This document shows, piece after piece, positions 1 through 8,455 of a stretch of 64,000 nucleotides of DNA. This stretch comes from Patescibacteria group bacterium. Lineage in GTDB: Bacteria > Patescibacteriota > Minisyncoccia > Phycocordibacterales > Phycocordibacteraceae. The notes under the pieces are model-generated. The model worked only from the letters and a program-made list of their open reading frames with translations. It was not told where the DNA came from and made no database searches. A program made the position numbers and the translations under genes. The stretch is taken from assembly GCA_019752595.1 (NCBI GenBank), contig JAIELV010000001.1, forward strand, positions 726,240 to 790,239, read 5' to 3'. Numbering within the stretch: position 1 is the stretch's first letter; each line of letters begins with the position of its first letter.

Positions 1-6
1 CTTTAT

Positions 7-507
7 ATGCTACTATACATATATATGGATAAAATATTCAGAGGAGCAGCAATGGCAGTTGCCTTTGCGGGGGTCATGGGCACTGGGGAAGCCGTTGCGC
101 AGACTCGTTTTGATGAAGAACGTGACGCTGTTCGTGCGGACTACCAAGCTGAAACGGAACGTACAGCAAACGATATGTATGCCGAACTGCGCGATATGCA
201 GGATGTCCCTCGAGGTTGGATGCCGTATTTAACCCGAGTCGATTTGGCGAGATGCGAATATAATCCCGCCATTCGATTGCAACCAGCACCCACGGTCGCT
301 GAGCTAACGGGTACTCGTGCATTTGACGATCAGTATAGTTTTTCTCCAAGGAGCGATTTTTTGGCTCGCCAGGAATCAGTACGTGAGGATGTGCGAGATA
401 CAATTGTTGGTGCCTGTGCGGACATTCGTCAAAGTGGCATAGACCGTGAAAGAGAGCTTGCTGACATTGCCCGCGAAGAAGCGGAAGCACGCCGAAGCGG
501 GCAGTAA
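7..507 (+). CDS. hypothetical secreted protein; signal-peptide-like N-terminus (MDKIFRGAAMAVAFAGVMGTGEAVAQT). Likely starts at internal Met (~nt 25)
   Basis: ORF track; hydrophobic N-terminus followed by an acidic, Arg-rich region; intrinsic terminator follows. Confidence 0.4.
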   Translation: MLLYIYMDKIFRGAAMAVAFAGVMGTGEAVAQTRFDEERDAVRADYQAETERTANDMYAELRDMQDVPRGWMPYLTRVDLARCEYNPAIRLQPAPTVAELTGTRAFDDQYSFSPRSDFLARQESVREDVRDTIVGACADIRQSGIDRERELADIAREEAEARRSGQ

Positions 508-556
508 GCTAAAATCAAACTTTTTACTTGACTCTTGTCCCTAGAAGGAGTAGTAT

Positions 557-587
557 AAAAAAAGCCCCCGAAGGGCTTTTTTTATAA
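557..587 (+). terminator. rho-independent terminator (GCCCCCGAAGGGC hairpin + T-run)
   Basis: GC hairpin followed by TTTTTTT, read directly. Confidence 0.6.
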
Positions 588-687
588 GAATGAAACATTC
601 TTTCTTGTATCGCTCGTTCGGAAATGAAAAAGTCTTTTTCGTTTCCCTCACTCGCTAACAAGTAGGAGCAACCTTCGAAGGATATAT

Positions 688-879
688 ATGAATTCATTTC
701 TTGATTACTTGAGAGGCGTCCGTGCAGAATTAACCCACGTGTCATGGCCGTCACGCGGTCAGGCAGTTGCGTATACGGCGCTTGTTATTGGCATCTCACT
801 CATCACCGCATTCGTTCTCGGGGCTTTCGATTTCTTGTTTACCTTCGGCTTAGAAGAAATTTTGAGATTCACAAACTAG
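688..879 (+). CDS. secE: preprotein translocase subunit SecE
   Basis: 63-aa protein with one C-terminal TM helix, immediately upstream of nusG (conserved secE-nusG synteny); AGGAG 8 nt upstream. Confidence 0.8.
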   Translation: MNSFLDYLRGVRAELTHVSWPSRGQAVAYTALVIGISLITAFVLGAFDFLFTFGLEEILRFTN

Positions 880-880
880 T

Positions 881-1423
881 ATGGCAAAACAAACTGAAGG
901 AAAGCGCGCGTGGTACGCGGTTCATACCTATTCAGGCTATGAGAATGCGGTTTTAAGAAACCTCAAACAGCGTATCGAATCCCTTGGCATGCAGGGGAAG
1001 ATTTTTAACGTAGTTATCCCGACCGAAAAGAAAATTAAAGTCACAGGAGGTAAGCGTCAGACGGTCGAAGAGAAAATTTATCCTGGCTACATCTTGGTCG
1101 ACATGATTGTCGATGATGAGAGCTGGTACATTGTCCGCAACACGCCTCGTGTTACAGGGTTCGTTGGTTCAGGTGTTACGCCAGTTCCTTTGACTGAAGA
1201 AGAAATCGGGATGCTCTTCAAGCGTATGTCGACCGATTCCGTGAAGCATAAAATTGACTTCATGGTGGGCGAGCCTGTGGTGGTTGCTGACGGACCGTTT
1301 AAGGATTTGGAAGGCAGGATTGGCGAGATTGATGAGGATAAGGGCAAGATTAAGGTCTTGGTATCAATGTTCGGTAGGGAAACCCCCGTTGAGCTCGATT
1401 TCTTGCAGGTTCGGAAAATTTAA
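881..1423 (+). CDS. nusG: transcription termination/antitermination protein NusG
   Basis: NGN + KOW domains ([14 protein letters not shown] ... [22 protein letters not shown]). Confidence 0.9.
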   Translation: MAKQTEGKRAWYAVHTYSGYENAVLRNLKQRIESLGMQGKIFNVVIPTEKKIKVTGGKRQTVEEKIYPGYILVDMIVDDESWYIVRNTPRVTGFVGSGVTPVPLTEEEIGMLFKRMSTDSVKHKIDFMVGEPVVVADGPFKDLEGRIGEIDEDKGKIKVLVSMFGRETPVELDFLQVRKI

Positions 1424-1445
1424 CGTAGTATCGTAATTCACGCAT

Positions 1446-1862
1446 ATGGCAAAAGTCGTAAAGAAAATCAAACTTCAGGTTCCAGGCGGGCAGGCAACTC
1501 CTGCTCCTCCAGTGGGAACAGCGCTCGGTCCTGCGGGCGTTAACATCGGTGAATTCGTAAAACAGTTCAACGATAAGACTCGCGATCAAATGGGGGATAT
1601 TCTTCCCGTTGAAATTTCAGTAATGGATGACCGCTCGTTTTCTTTCGTAGTCAAAGTCTCTCCCGCATCACGTCTTATTTTGAAATGGTTGAAGCTTGAG
1701 AAAGGTTCTCAGAAACCACCTTCCAAGGTTGGTACGCTCACAAAGGCGCAGGTTCGCGAAATTGCGGAGAAGAAAATGCCTGACCTGAACACGACCGATG
1801 TTGCACAGGCAGAAAAAATCATTGCAGGCACAGCTCGCTCAATGGGTATTGAAGTAAAGTAG
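1446..1862 (+). CDS. rplK: 50S ribosomal protein L11
   Basis: [42 protein letters not shown] is the L11 signature N-terminus. Confidence 0.92.
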   Translation: MAKVVKKIKLQVPGGQATPAPPVGTALGPAGVNIGEFVKQFNDKTRDQMGDILPVEISVMDDRSFSFVVKVSPASRLILKWLKLEKGSQKPPSKVGTLTKAQVREIAEKKMPDLNTTDVAQAEKIIAGTARSMGIEVK

Positions 1863-1879
1863 CGTCTTTATTTCTGAGC

Positions 1880-2155
1880 ATGTTGAACACATCGCCCACC
1901 GAAAGAGAGCGTTTCTCGGCTCTTGTCGAATCCACTGTTGAGGGCGCGACAAAAGAACACACAACGGTTTTTAGTGCCGAACTCAACATGCTTAAGTTCA
2001 TGTACGATCAAAATAGTGATCCGGAAGTACGAGAGCGAATACTGGTTAAAGCGCGTTCCTTATACCGTAATTGGATGTTTACCTTGAATCGTATCGAGGA
2101 ATATCGCGCGATTGCTGCACCAGTTGACGAAAGTCTCGACGCTCGTGTCGAATAG
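1880..2155 (+). CDS. hypothetical protein (91 aa) at the position where rplA would be expected
   Basis: ORF track only; no recognisable L1 motifs. Confidence 0.3.
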   Translation: MLNTSPTERERFSALVESTVEGATKEHTTVFSAELNMLKFMYDQNSDPEVRERILVKARSLYRNWMFTLNRIEEYRAIAAPVDESLDARVE

Positions 2156-2187
2156 AGTTCCTGTCTCTCTCCACGTATACTTTTGAG

Positions 2188-2901
2188 ATGGAGATTATAG
2201 CAACCACAATTGAAGTCCTTCACCCCCCGAAGGACGATCTATTTTCAAAAATACAGGCGTCGGCGCTTTCGCTTGAGGAAGGTGACTGCATAGCAATCGC
2301 TTCTAAGGTAGTGGCAATTCATCAGGGCAGGTGCGTTGTGCGCGATGTTTCAAAAAAAGAAGAGCTCGTTCGGCAGGAAGCCGATTTTTATTTGGACGGA
2401 CCTGCAGAACACGGCGTTATTCATACAATTAAAAACGGGACGCTGATTGCAAATGCGGGTATCGACCCGTTTGGTGGGCATCACATACTGTGGCCAGAGA
2501 AGCCGAAAGAAGCCGCAGAGGAACTTTTAGAGTGGTTTAAGAAAACCTACAGTAAAAAAAATTTGTATCTAATCATCGTTGATTCACGAAGTGTTTTTAT
2601 GCGTCAGGGGGCGGTCGGCATCGCGCTCGGCTGGGCAGGGTTCAATCCGCTCCATGACAACAGAAAACGGAAAGATTTGCTCGGGTTTGATTCGGGGGGA
2701 ACACAGACGAATTTGCCAGATTCACTTGCCGCCGCCGCGGCGCTAGCAATGGGGGAGGCGAACGAGCAGACACCACTGGCAGTTATCCGTGGGTGCAGAT
2801 TTTTACCAAACGAAAAACCAAGCCCTGATGATTTCGAAATTCCGATCGAAAAAGACATCTACGCGCCTTTTCTAAAAAAAGACTGGAAGAAAGGGCGATA
2901 A
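2188..2901 (+). CDS. CofE-like protein (F420-0:gamma-glutamyl ligase family fold), paralog 1
   Basis: Motifs ANAGID..., IIVDSRS...RQGAVGIALGWAGF, LAAAAALAMGEANEQTPLAVIRG match the CofE/FbiB N-domain family. Confidence 0.6.
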   Translation: MEIIATTIEVLHPPKDDLFSKIQASALSLEEGDCIAIASKVVAIHQGRCVVRDVSKKEELVRQEADFYLDGPAEHGVIHTIKNGTLIANAGIDPFGGHHILWPEKPKEAAEELLEWFKKTYSKKNLYLIIVDSRSVFMRQGAVGIALGWAGFNPLHDNRKRKDLLGFDSGGTQTNLPDSLAAAAALAMGEANEQTPLAVIRGCRFLPNEKPSPDDFEIPIEKDIYAPFLKKDWKKGR

Positions 2902-2948
2902 CGCCAGTCAAAATCGTTTTGGTCTTTTGCTCTACCCATCCTTTCTTA

Positions 2949-2981
2949 TACCCCTAATTCGTGCGAATTAGGGGTATAAAG
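2949..2981. repeat. perfect 15-bp inverted repeat hairpin (TATACCCCTAATTCG-tgc-CGAATTAGGGGTATA) between convergent cofE-like and folA genes
   Basis: read directly; no T-run on either side. Confidence 0.7.
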
Positions 2982-3006
2982 GGCGCAGGAGATAGTGTGG
3001 GCTGTG

Positions 3007-3534
3007 TTATCGGTCGAGGGTAAGGAATGTGTAGCGAGTGCCTTCGTGTTCGCCTTTCTCTTCGGAAATTACTTTCGTAAATTCTGAATATTCAGGGAAG
3101 AATACGTCCGCGGGTTTTTCCGCGTGAATAAGCGTAAGGTAGAGGCGGTCAGTGAAGGGGAGCGCCTGTGTGTATATTTCGCCTCCGCCGATAATAAAAA
3201 CTTCTTCATCGTCCAACGCGGATGCGCGAGCCATTGCGTCTTCTATGGAATGCGCAATCACGCAGTTTTCGCGGCGGTATGCAGTGTCGCGAGTAACAAT
3301 GATGTTCATGCGTCCAGGGAGCGCCCGCCCTATAGATTCAAAGTTTTTGCGCCCCATGATGATGGGGTGCGCAAAGGTAATTTCTTTAAAGCGTTTTAAA
3401 TCAGCGGGTATTTTCCAAAGCAGGTCGTTATCCTTCCCGATGCCTCGGTCTTTTTCTGTTATCGCTGCTATCGCGGAAACTAACGGCTTTTTTTGTGCCA
3501 CGGTTGCTTCTTCTTGATGTCGCGGTCTGCCCAC
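3007..3534 (-). CDS. folA: dihydrofolate reductase
   Basis: LVSAIAAI...IGKDNDLLWKIPADLKRFKEITFAHPIIMGRKNFESIG ... IGGGEIY. True start probably downstream of 3534, which would remove the apparent overlap with dcd. Confidence 0.85.
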   Translation of the reverse strand: MGRPRHQEEATVAQKKPLVSAIAAITEKDRGIGKDNDLLWKIPADLKRFKEITFAHPIIMGRKNFESIGRALPGRMNIIVTRDTAYRRENCVIAHSIEDAMARASALDDEEVFIIGGGEIYTQALPFTDRLYLTLIHAEKPADVFFPEYSEFTKVISEEKGEHEGTRYTFLTLDR

Positions 3535-4181
3535 AAACGAGGGAGCATCATTTCAGGCTTCCACGCTTTCTTTAGTTTCGAAACGTCCGTTGATGACTGA
3601 TACTTTCCCGTTACAGTGTAGTCAGCTCCCACAATAGGGCCTGTTTCAAAGAAAACAATTTGCGCAATGCGTCGACCAACAACAAGCGGAATGAGGTAAT
3701 TTTTCGAGTTGTTCGTGATTTCCATCGTCCATCGGTTTACATAGCCAACGTCGCCCCAGCCTGCGCATTTGCAGACCTCAATAAAATTTCTACCGAGGGA
3801 TGAACGAGCCTTCATCATGGTGGTCACTGATTCGCGTCCGCCGATAAATTCATTTGTGTGTGCAAGAATCGTCTCTCCTGGGCGAAGCAGGATCACTTTG
3901 TCGTCAGGGCGAATTCCTTCCCACGTAAAGTTGTATTTCTTGAATGCTTCTTTTGCTGTTTCTGCGCGCTGCACTTTGTCCGCTCCCCACACATGTTCCA
4001 TGTGTTTCTTGCTCCAGATGTTGTAGAGCGAATGGTTGTAGCGGGTTGGCTGTTCGCGGAAGTAGTATTCGCCAAGCGTTACGTCGTAGCTTGAGGTCGC
4101 AAGGTTTTTTCGGTCAAAAGGTTCGATGAGAATCGTCCCTTTCTCCATGTGCTCTAAAATTTTTCTGTCAGACAATGCCAT
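3480..4181 (-). CDS. dcd: dCTP deaminase family protein (Dcd/Dut fold), 233 aa
   Basis: N-terminus MALSDRKILEHMEKGTILIEPF...SSYDVTLGEYYF matches the dCTP deaminase N-terminus; lies between thyA and folA. Confidence 0.7.
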   Translation of the reverse strand: MALSDRKILEHMEKGTILIEPFDRKNLATSSYDVTLGEYYFREQPTRYNHSLYNIWSKKHMEHVWGADKVQRAETAKEAFKKYNFTWEGIRPDDKVILLRPGETILAHTNEFIGGRESVTTMMKARSSLGRNFIEVCKCAGWGDVGYVNRWTMEITNNSKNYLIPLVVGRRIAQIVFFETGPIVGADYTVTGKYQSSTDVSKLKKAWKPEMMLPRLWADRDIKKKQPWHKKSR

Positions 4182-4191
4182 AAGGGTTTCA

Positions 4192-5148
4192 CTATACAGC
4201 CATTTTCGCTTTGATTGTAGGGTGCGATTGGTAGTTTTCGAGGTCTATATCCTCCATCTTAAAGTCGTCTATATTTTTCACGTTCGGGTTTAATTTCAAG
4301 GTTGGCAGTGGGTAGGGGGTGCGCGCAAGCTGTTCTTTTACCGCGTCAAAATGGTCATGATAAATGTGTACGTCGCCCAAGGAGTGTACAAATTCATGCG
4401 CTTTGAGCCCCGTTACTTGCGCGACCATGTGAAGCAATAGGGAATAAGATGCGATGTTAAACGGAACACCAAGAAACACATCGCACGAGCGCTGGTGCAT
4501 GAAGAGCGAAAGTTTTCCTGGTTCACCTTCTTTGTCTGAGGGGTCTACAAAAAACTGAAAGAACATATGGCACGGCGGAAGCGCCATCTCGGAAAGCTCC
4601 CCTGGGTTCCACGCCGACACTATCAATCTTCGGTCGCTCGGGTCTTTTTTTATTTTTTCAATCACTTCAGCAAGTTGATCAACGGTCGCTTGCCCTGAGG
4701 GATTCGAAGGGTCTGTGGGCTTTCGCCATGCGCGCCACTGCACTCCGTACACGCGACCCAAATCTCCCGGGAATTTTGCTTTCGGAGTCCAGTAGGGGGC
4801 TTCGGAGTTGTCTGTCCAAATAGTTCTCTCTGAGCCGTTTAATTCTTTCAATCGGTTGTCGTCTCCTGAGCCTTCAATGAACCACAAGAGTTCAGATTTC
4901 ACTGCTTTAAACGCCAGCTTCTTTGTGGTCATTGCGGGAAAACCGTCCGTCATATTGAAACGCATCTGAAGCCCAAACATCGCACGCGTCTTACCATTTC
5001 TGGTGTCGCGGTCGGCACCCTCGGCCATTACTTTTTTCAGAAGTGAGAGGTACTGTTGCATGAGTGTATGATATAGCCGCTTTACTCTTCGGCAAAATGC
5101 GGTTATAACGTCCTCCTGGTATGGGCTCCGAAAACAATGTTGCAGCAA
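4192..5148 (-). CDS. thyA: thymidylate synthase ThyA
   Basis: Active-site region LPPCHMFFQFFV, GVQWRAW and DLGRVYG motifs. Confidence 0.9.
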   Translation of the reverse strand: MLQHCFRSPYQEDVITAFCRRVKRLYHTLMQQYLSLLKKVMAEGADRDTRNGKTRAMFGLQMRFNMTDGFPAMTTKKLAFKAVKSELLWFIEGSGDDNRLKELNGSERTIWTDNSEAPYWTPKAKFPGDLGRVYGVQWRAWRKPTDPSNPSGQATVDQLAEVIEKIKKDPSDRRLIVSAWNPGELSEMALPPCHMFFQFFVDPSDKEGEPGKLSLFMHQRSCDVFLGVPFNIASYSLLLHMVAQVTGLKAHEFVHSLGDVHIYHDHFDAVKEQLARTPYPLPTLKLNPNVKNIDDFKMEDIDLENYQSHPTIKAKMAV

Positions 5149-5419
5149 TAAAGAGCCGAGGGGCCGCTCGAGCTACAGGTGGCGATTCTCTTCCTGCTGA
5201 GGGCTGGGTTCGTTGTTATAGGGGGGTATTGCAGAATCCTGACTCTAGCGAGGAAGATAGGATAGAAGCTTCTGCAGGAATAGCCGCATATAAAGCACGC
5301 GTTCGGGCTCGGGGAAATTTCAAACAGTGGCTAAAAGAAAATGAACAGAAAGTCGCAGAGATTCTCGCTAGCGAAGCAGTAGTGAAGTCCGAGTAGGTGG
5401 CCTTGCTATACTTCCCTCA

Positions 5420-6034
5420 ATGAAAGGGAAATTCATCGTTTTTGAAGGCGGGGAAGGTTCGGGCAAGGATACGCACATTGAGCTCCTGAAGCCGAAGTTT
5501 CCTGATGCGGTGTTTACTCGTGAGCCTGGGGGCACGAAATTCGGCATGGAAATGCGCCGCCTTTTACTTGAATGGCGAGAGAGCGAGATTGATGCACTGA
5601 CGGAACTTTTTTTCTTTTCAGGCGCGCGCGTGCAGTCGATGAAAGAAATCGTGTCGCCCGCGCTCGCCTCGGGGAAGACAGTTTTTTCTAACCGATGGGC
5701 GCTCGGCACAATCGCGTATCAGGTGTACGGGCGAGACCGCTTAGATCTCCTTGATATTGCTCAGGTTGCTATCAAGAAAGCTGTAGGGGATGACATGCCT
5801 GACTTGACGATATATCTCGACATAGACCCCGAGGTCGGAATCAAACGCGTGGAGTCGAGGAACGATGGTAAGACACGCTTTGACGCAGAATCTGTGGCAT
5901 TCCACACTCGCGTACGCGATGGCTTCCTGAAGCATCTTCCCGATTTCGGCAAAAATGCCGTTATCGATACGTCAGGGCCGATAGAGGATGTCCAAACACA
6001 GATAGAAAAAGCACTCACTTCCGCAGGTATTTAA
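5420..6034 (+). CDS. tmk: thymidylate kinase
   Basis: P-loop FIVFEGGEGSGKDT, REPGGT..., DRL motif. Confidence 0.85.
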   Translation: MKGKFIVFEGGEGSGKDTHIELLKPKFPDAVFTREPGGTKFGMEMRRLLLEWRESEIDALTELFFFSGARVQSMKEIVSPALASGKTVFSNRWALGTIAYQVYGRDRLDLLDIAQVAIKKAVGDDMPDLTIYLDIDPEVGIKRVESRNDGKTRFDAESVAFHTRVRDGFLKHLPDFGKNAVIDTSGPIEDVQTQIEKALTSAGI

Positions 6035-6070
6035 TTGGGCTAGACGCGAGTCCATTTTTATATATCAGCG

Positions 6071-6110
6071 TGTTACCATGTTAACACGCTGATATATTTC
6101 AAGAAGTCAA
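6071..6110. repeat. 17-bp inverted repeat (ATATATCAGCGTGTTA ... TAACACGCTGATATAT) between tmk and glyA
   Basis: read directly; half-sites contain CTGATAT/ATATCAG as in the 24-bp palindrome family. Confidence 0.6.
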
Positions 6111-6178
6111 TCAGCTCTCGGGTTATCCACGGGGACTGCTTTTAGACAAGTCTTCTTTGGCCGCGCTATACTTGCCAG

Positions 6179-7444
6179 ATGAAAATCCCATTTATCGACG
6201 CTCAAGACAGTGAAGTTTCAAAAGCGATCCACGGCGAAGAGGAGCGGGAGAAAGAGGGACTAGAACTCATTCCGTCAGAAAACTACGTCTCAAAAGCAGT
6301 CCACGAGGCTCTTGGCTCCGTGATGACCAATAAATATTCGGAAGGGTATCCTGGTGCGCGCTACTACGGCGGGCAGATGTACACCGATATCGTCGAAAAC
6401 ATCGCTCGCGACCGCGCCAAGCAACTTTTCAATTGTAAATTCGCAAATGTGCAGCCACTTTCTGGTGCTCCTGCGAACGTTGCTACGTATTTCGCGCTTC
6501 TTCAGCCTGGCGACACTGTGCTTGGCATGGACCTCTCACACGGAGGCCATCTCACGCACGGGCATCCCGTGACGTACCTGACCAAGATTTTCAAATTCGT
6601 CCGTTACAAGATGAAAGATACAGCAACGGGTGAGATTGATTACGATGAAATGCTCGAAGTCGCGAAACGCGAGAAACCAAAAATTGTTCTCGCAGGCTAT
6701 TCTGCATATTCGCGCGAATTGGATTACGCAAAAATTTCCGCAATAGCAAAAGAAGTGGGGGCGGTTTCAATGATGGACGCCGCGCACATTGCAGGCTTGA
6801 TTGCTGGCAAGGCACATAAAAATCCTTTTGATTTTGGTATTGATATTGTCACGACCACAACACACAAAACACTTCGTGGCCCGCGCGGAGGAATGATTCT
6901 CACTCGTGACAATGAAGAGATCGCAAAGAAGATCGACAAATCGATTTTCCCTGGTTTTCAGGGCGGCCCGCACATGCACCAGATAGCTGGGAAAGCTGTC
7001 GCGTTTGGTGAAGCGCTTCACCCGTCGTTTCAGGTATACGCAACGCAGATTTTGAAGAATGCGAAAGCAATGGAAGCAGTCTTTGCGAGAGAAAACGTTC
7101 GCATGATTGCTGGTGGTACTTCAAACCACTTGATTCTTGCCGATGTGTTCGGCTCTCTGGGTGTGACTGGCGCTGATGCAGAGCGAGTGTTGGATGAAGT
7201 GGGTATTACCCTGAACAAAAATGCGATTGCAGATGATGTCAGAAAACCGATGGACCCGTCAGGAATCCGTTTCGGTACGCCTGCAATCACTACTCGTAAA
7301 TTTACTGAAAAAGAATGCGCGCGTGTCGCAGAGTTGATGATTGAGACACTGAGAAACAAAGACAACACAGATATGAAAACCAAAATTCGTGCAGAGATAA
7401 AAGAAATGGCTCTGGCATTTCCAATCCCTGAATCTTTTGTATAA
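6179..7444 (+). CDS. glyA: serine hydroxymethyltransferase
   Basis: LIPSENYVS..., SEGYPGARYYGG, PLP-lysine region TTTTHKTLRGPRGG. Confidence 0.92.
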   Translation: MKIPFIDAQDSEVSKAIHGEEEREKEGLELIPSENYVSKAVHEALGSVMTNKYSEGYPGARYYGGQMYTDIVENIARDRAKQLFNCKFANVQPLSGAPANVATYFALLQPGDTVLGMDLSHGGHLTHGHPVTYLTKIFKFVRYKMKDTATGEIDYDEMLEVAKREKPKIVLAGYSAYSRELDYAKISAIAKEVGAVSMMDAAHIAGLIAGKAHKNPFDFGIDIVTTTTHKTLRGPRGGMILTRDNEEIAKKIDKSIFPGFQGGPHMHQIAGKAVAFGEALHPSFQVYATQILKNAKAMEAVFARENVRMIAGGTSNHLILADVFGSLGVTGADAERVLDEVGITLNKNAIADDVRKPMDPSGIRFGTPAITTRKFTEKECARVAELMIETLRNKDNTDMKTKIRAEIKEMALAFPIPESFV

Positions 7445-7452
7445 TCCTGCGG

Positions 7453-7884
7453 ATGTACGAAATTAAGCGTGCAAAAAAACGGCACTGGGGCCGTATCAAG
7501 ACGCTTATAGAAGCAAATCCTGAGACGCTTGAACAAAAGTACTTGCCGAAGAGGAAAGAATTTTTCGTGGCGCTCGGTCCTCGTCCTGAAGAAGGAGGGA
7601 GGCGGCCTGTGGTGGGATGCGTGGCGCTTGAGGCTCATCATAAACAACGATTGGGGGAGTTACGTTCTCTTGCAGTTACAGAAGAAGAGCGAGGGAACGG
7701 TTTGGCGCGCGTGCTCATTGAACACACCCTCCTCCATGCTCGAAAACGGGGAGTGAAGCAGGTGCTGACGATCACGGGAAGTCCGGATATGTTTCGGAAA
7801 TTTGGTTTTGACTTTTTCCGCGCGGACGAAAAGTACGCTCTCATAAATGATTTACTTGCAAAAGAAGACGATCGCTCTTCATAA
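7453..7884 (+). CDS. GNAT family N-acetyltransferase
   Basis: Acetyl-CoA motif A RGNGLARVL and GNAT-like core. Confidence 0.7.
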   Translation: MYEIKRAKKRHWGRIKTLIEANPETLEQKYLPKRKEFFVALGPRPEEGGRRPVVGCVALEAHHKQRLGELRSLAVTEEERGNGLARVLIEHTLLHARKRGVKQVLTITGSPDMFRKFGFDFFRADEKYALINDLLAKEDDRSS

Positions 7885-7904
7885 TATTTTACATTCTGCG
7901 GGGA

Positions 7905-7932
7905 TTGACGCGCTGCTTTCGGTGCCTATAAT
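7905..7932 (+). promoter_or_regulatory. sigma70-type promoter TTGACG-16-TATAAT
   Basis: TTGACG 7905-7910, TATAAT 7927-7932; ATG of a 16-aa ORF 9 nt downstream. Confidence 0.5.
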
Positions 7933-7941
7933 AGAAATTAT

Positions 7942-7992
7942 ATGAAGCACGTCGCTTCCATCATCGTTCGTCGTCGCGGCCTCAGAGTTTGA
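7942..7992 (+). CDS. 16-aa micro-ORF MKHVASIIVRRRGLRV with three consecutive Arg codons; candidate leader peptide upstream of the Zn-finger ORF and argS
   Basis: promoter directly upstream, intrinsic terminator directly downstream. Confidence 0.35.
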   Translation: MKHVASIIVRRRGLRV

Positions 7993-8031
7993 GGTTGTCT
8001 GCGAGCATTGGTTCACTAAAACGAATACTTC

Positions 8032-8060
8032 CAAACGACCTCAAACGAGGTCGTTTTTGT
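8032..8060 (+). terminator. rho-independent terminator (CGACCTC-aaac-GAGGTCG + TTTTT)
   Basis: read directly. Confidence 0.6.
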
Positions 8061-8081
8061 TTATATCTCTAACCAAAAAAC

Positions 8082-8429
8082 ATGGAAAAGAAATTAAAGG
8101 ATATTTTTTCTCACGGAGAAGGAACCTCAACCTGCTTTCACTGCGGTAAGGCGGTACCGTGGGGTTCAACAGAATCAATTGAGTTCGGTTCGCATTTTTC
8201 TTTGTGGCCTTTCCACGAAAATTGTGTACCACTATATATCGGGCATCTTTTAGAACATATGGAACTTTCGGAGGGGAGCGCACTCTCAAACTTCAAGGAA
8301 AATCTTGAACGAACTTATGCGGCCTGTCTGTTCTGTGGAGGCCTGGTTCTGAAAGAAAGAGCAAAATCTATAGACGGAGGGTATGTGCACGTCACGGCAA
8401 AATGCCTAAAATATTTCCATATCCGCTAA
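8082..8429 (+). CDS. hypothetical Cys-rich (zinc-finger-like) protein, 115 aa
   Basis: CFHCGK...C...CLFCGG...C pattern; overlaps upstream of argS. Confidence 0.4.
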   Translation: MEKKLKDIFSHGEGTSTCFHCGKAVPWGSTESIEFGSHFSLWPFHENCVPLYIGHLLEHMELSEGSALSNFKENLERTYAACLFCGGLVLKERAKSIDGGYVHVTAKCLKYFHIR

Positions 8430-8455
8430 TGCGGACTGGTTGTATAGTGTCGCTT

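Noticed and set aside
5121-5396. 91-aa ORF in the thyA-tmk divergent intergenic region
   Set aside because: Its 5' end overlaps thyA on the opposite strand, and it has no promoter or motif support. Left unannotated.
7942-7992. 16-aa ORF as a degraded ribosomal protein L36 (MKHVAS...RRGLRV vs L36 MKVRASV...KRRGRV)
   Set aside because: The zinc-ribbon Cys residues are entirely missing and the length is under half that of L36. The similarity is probably coincidental.
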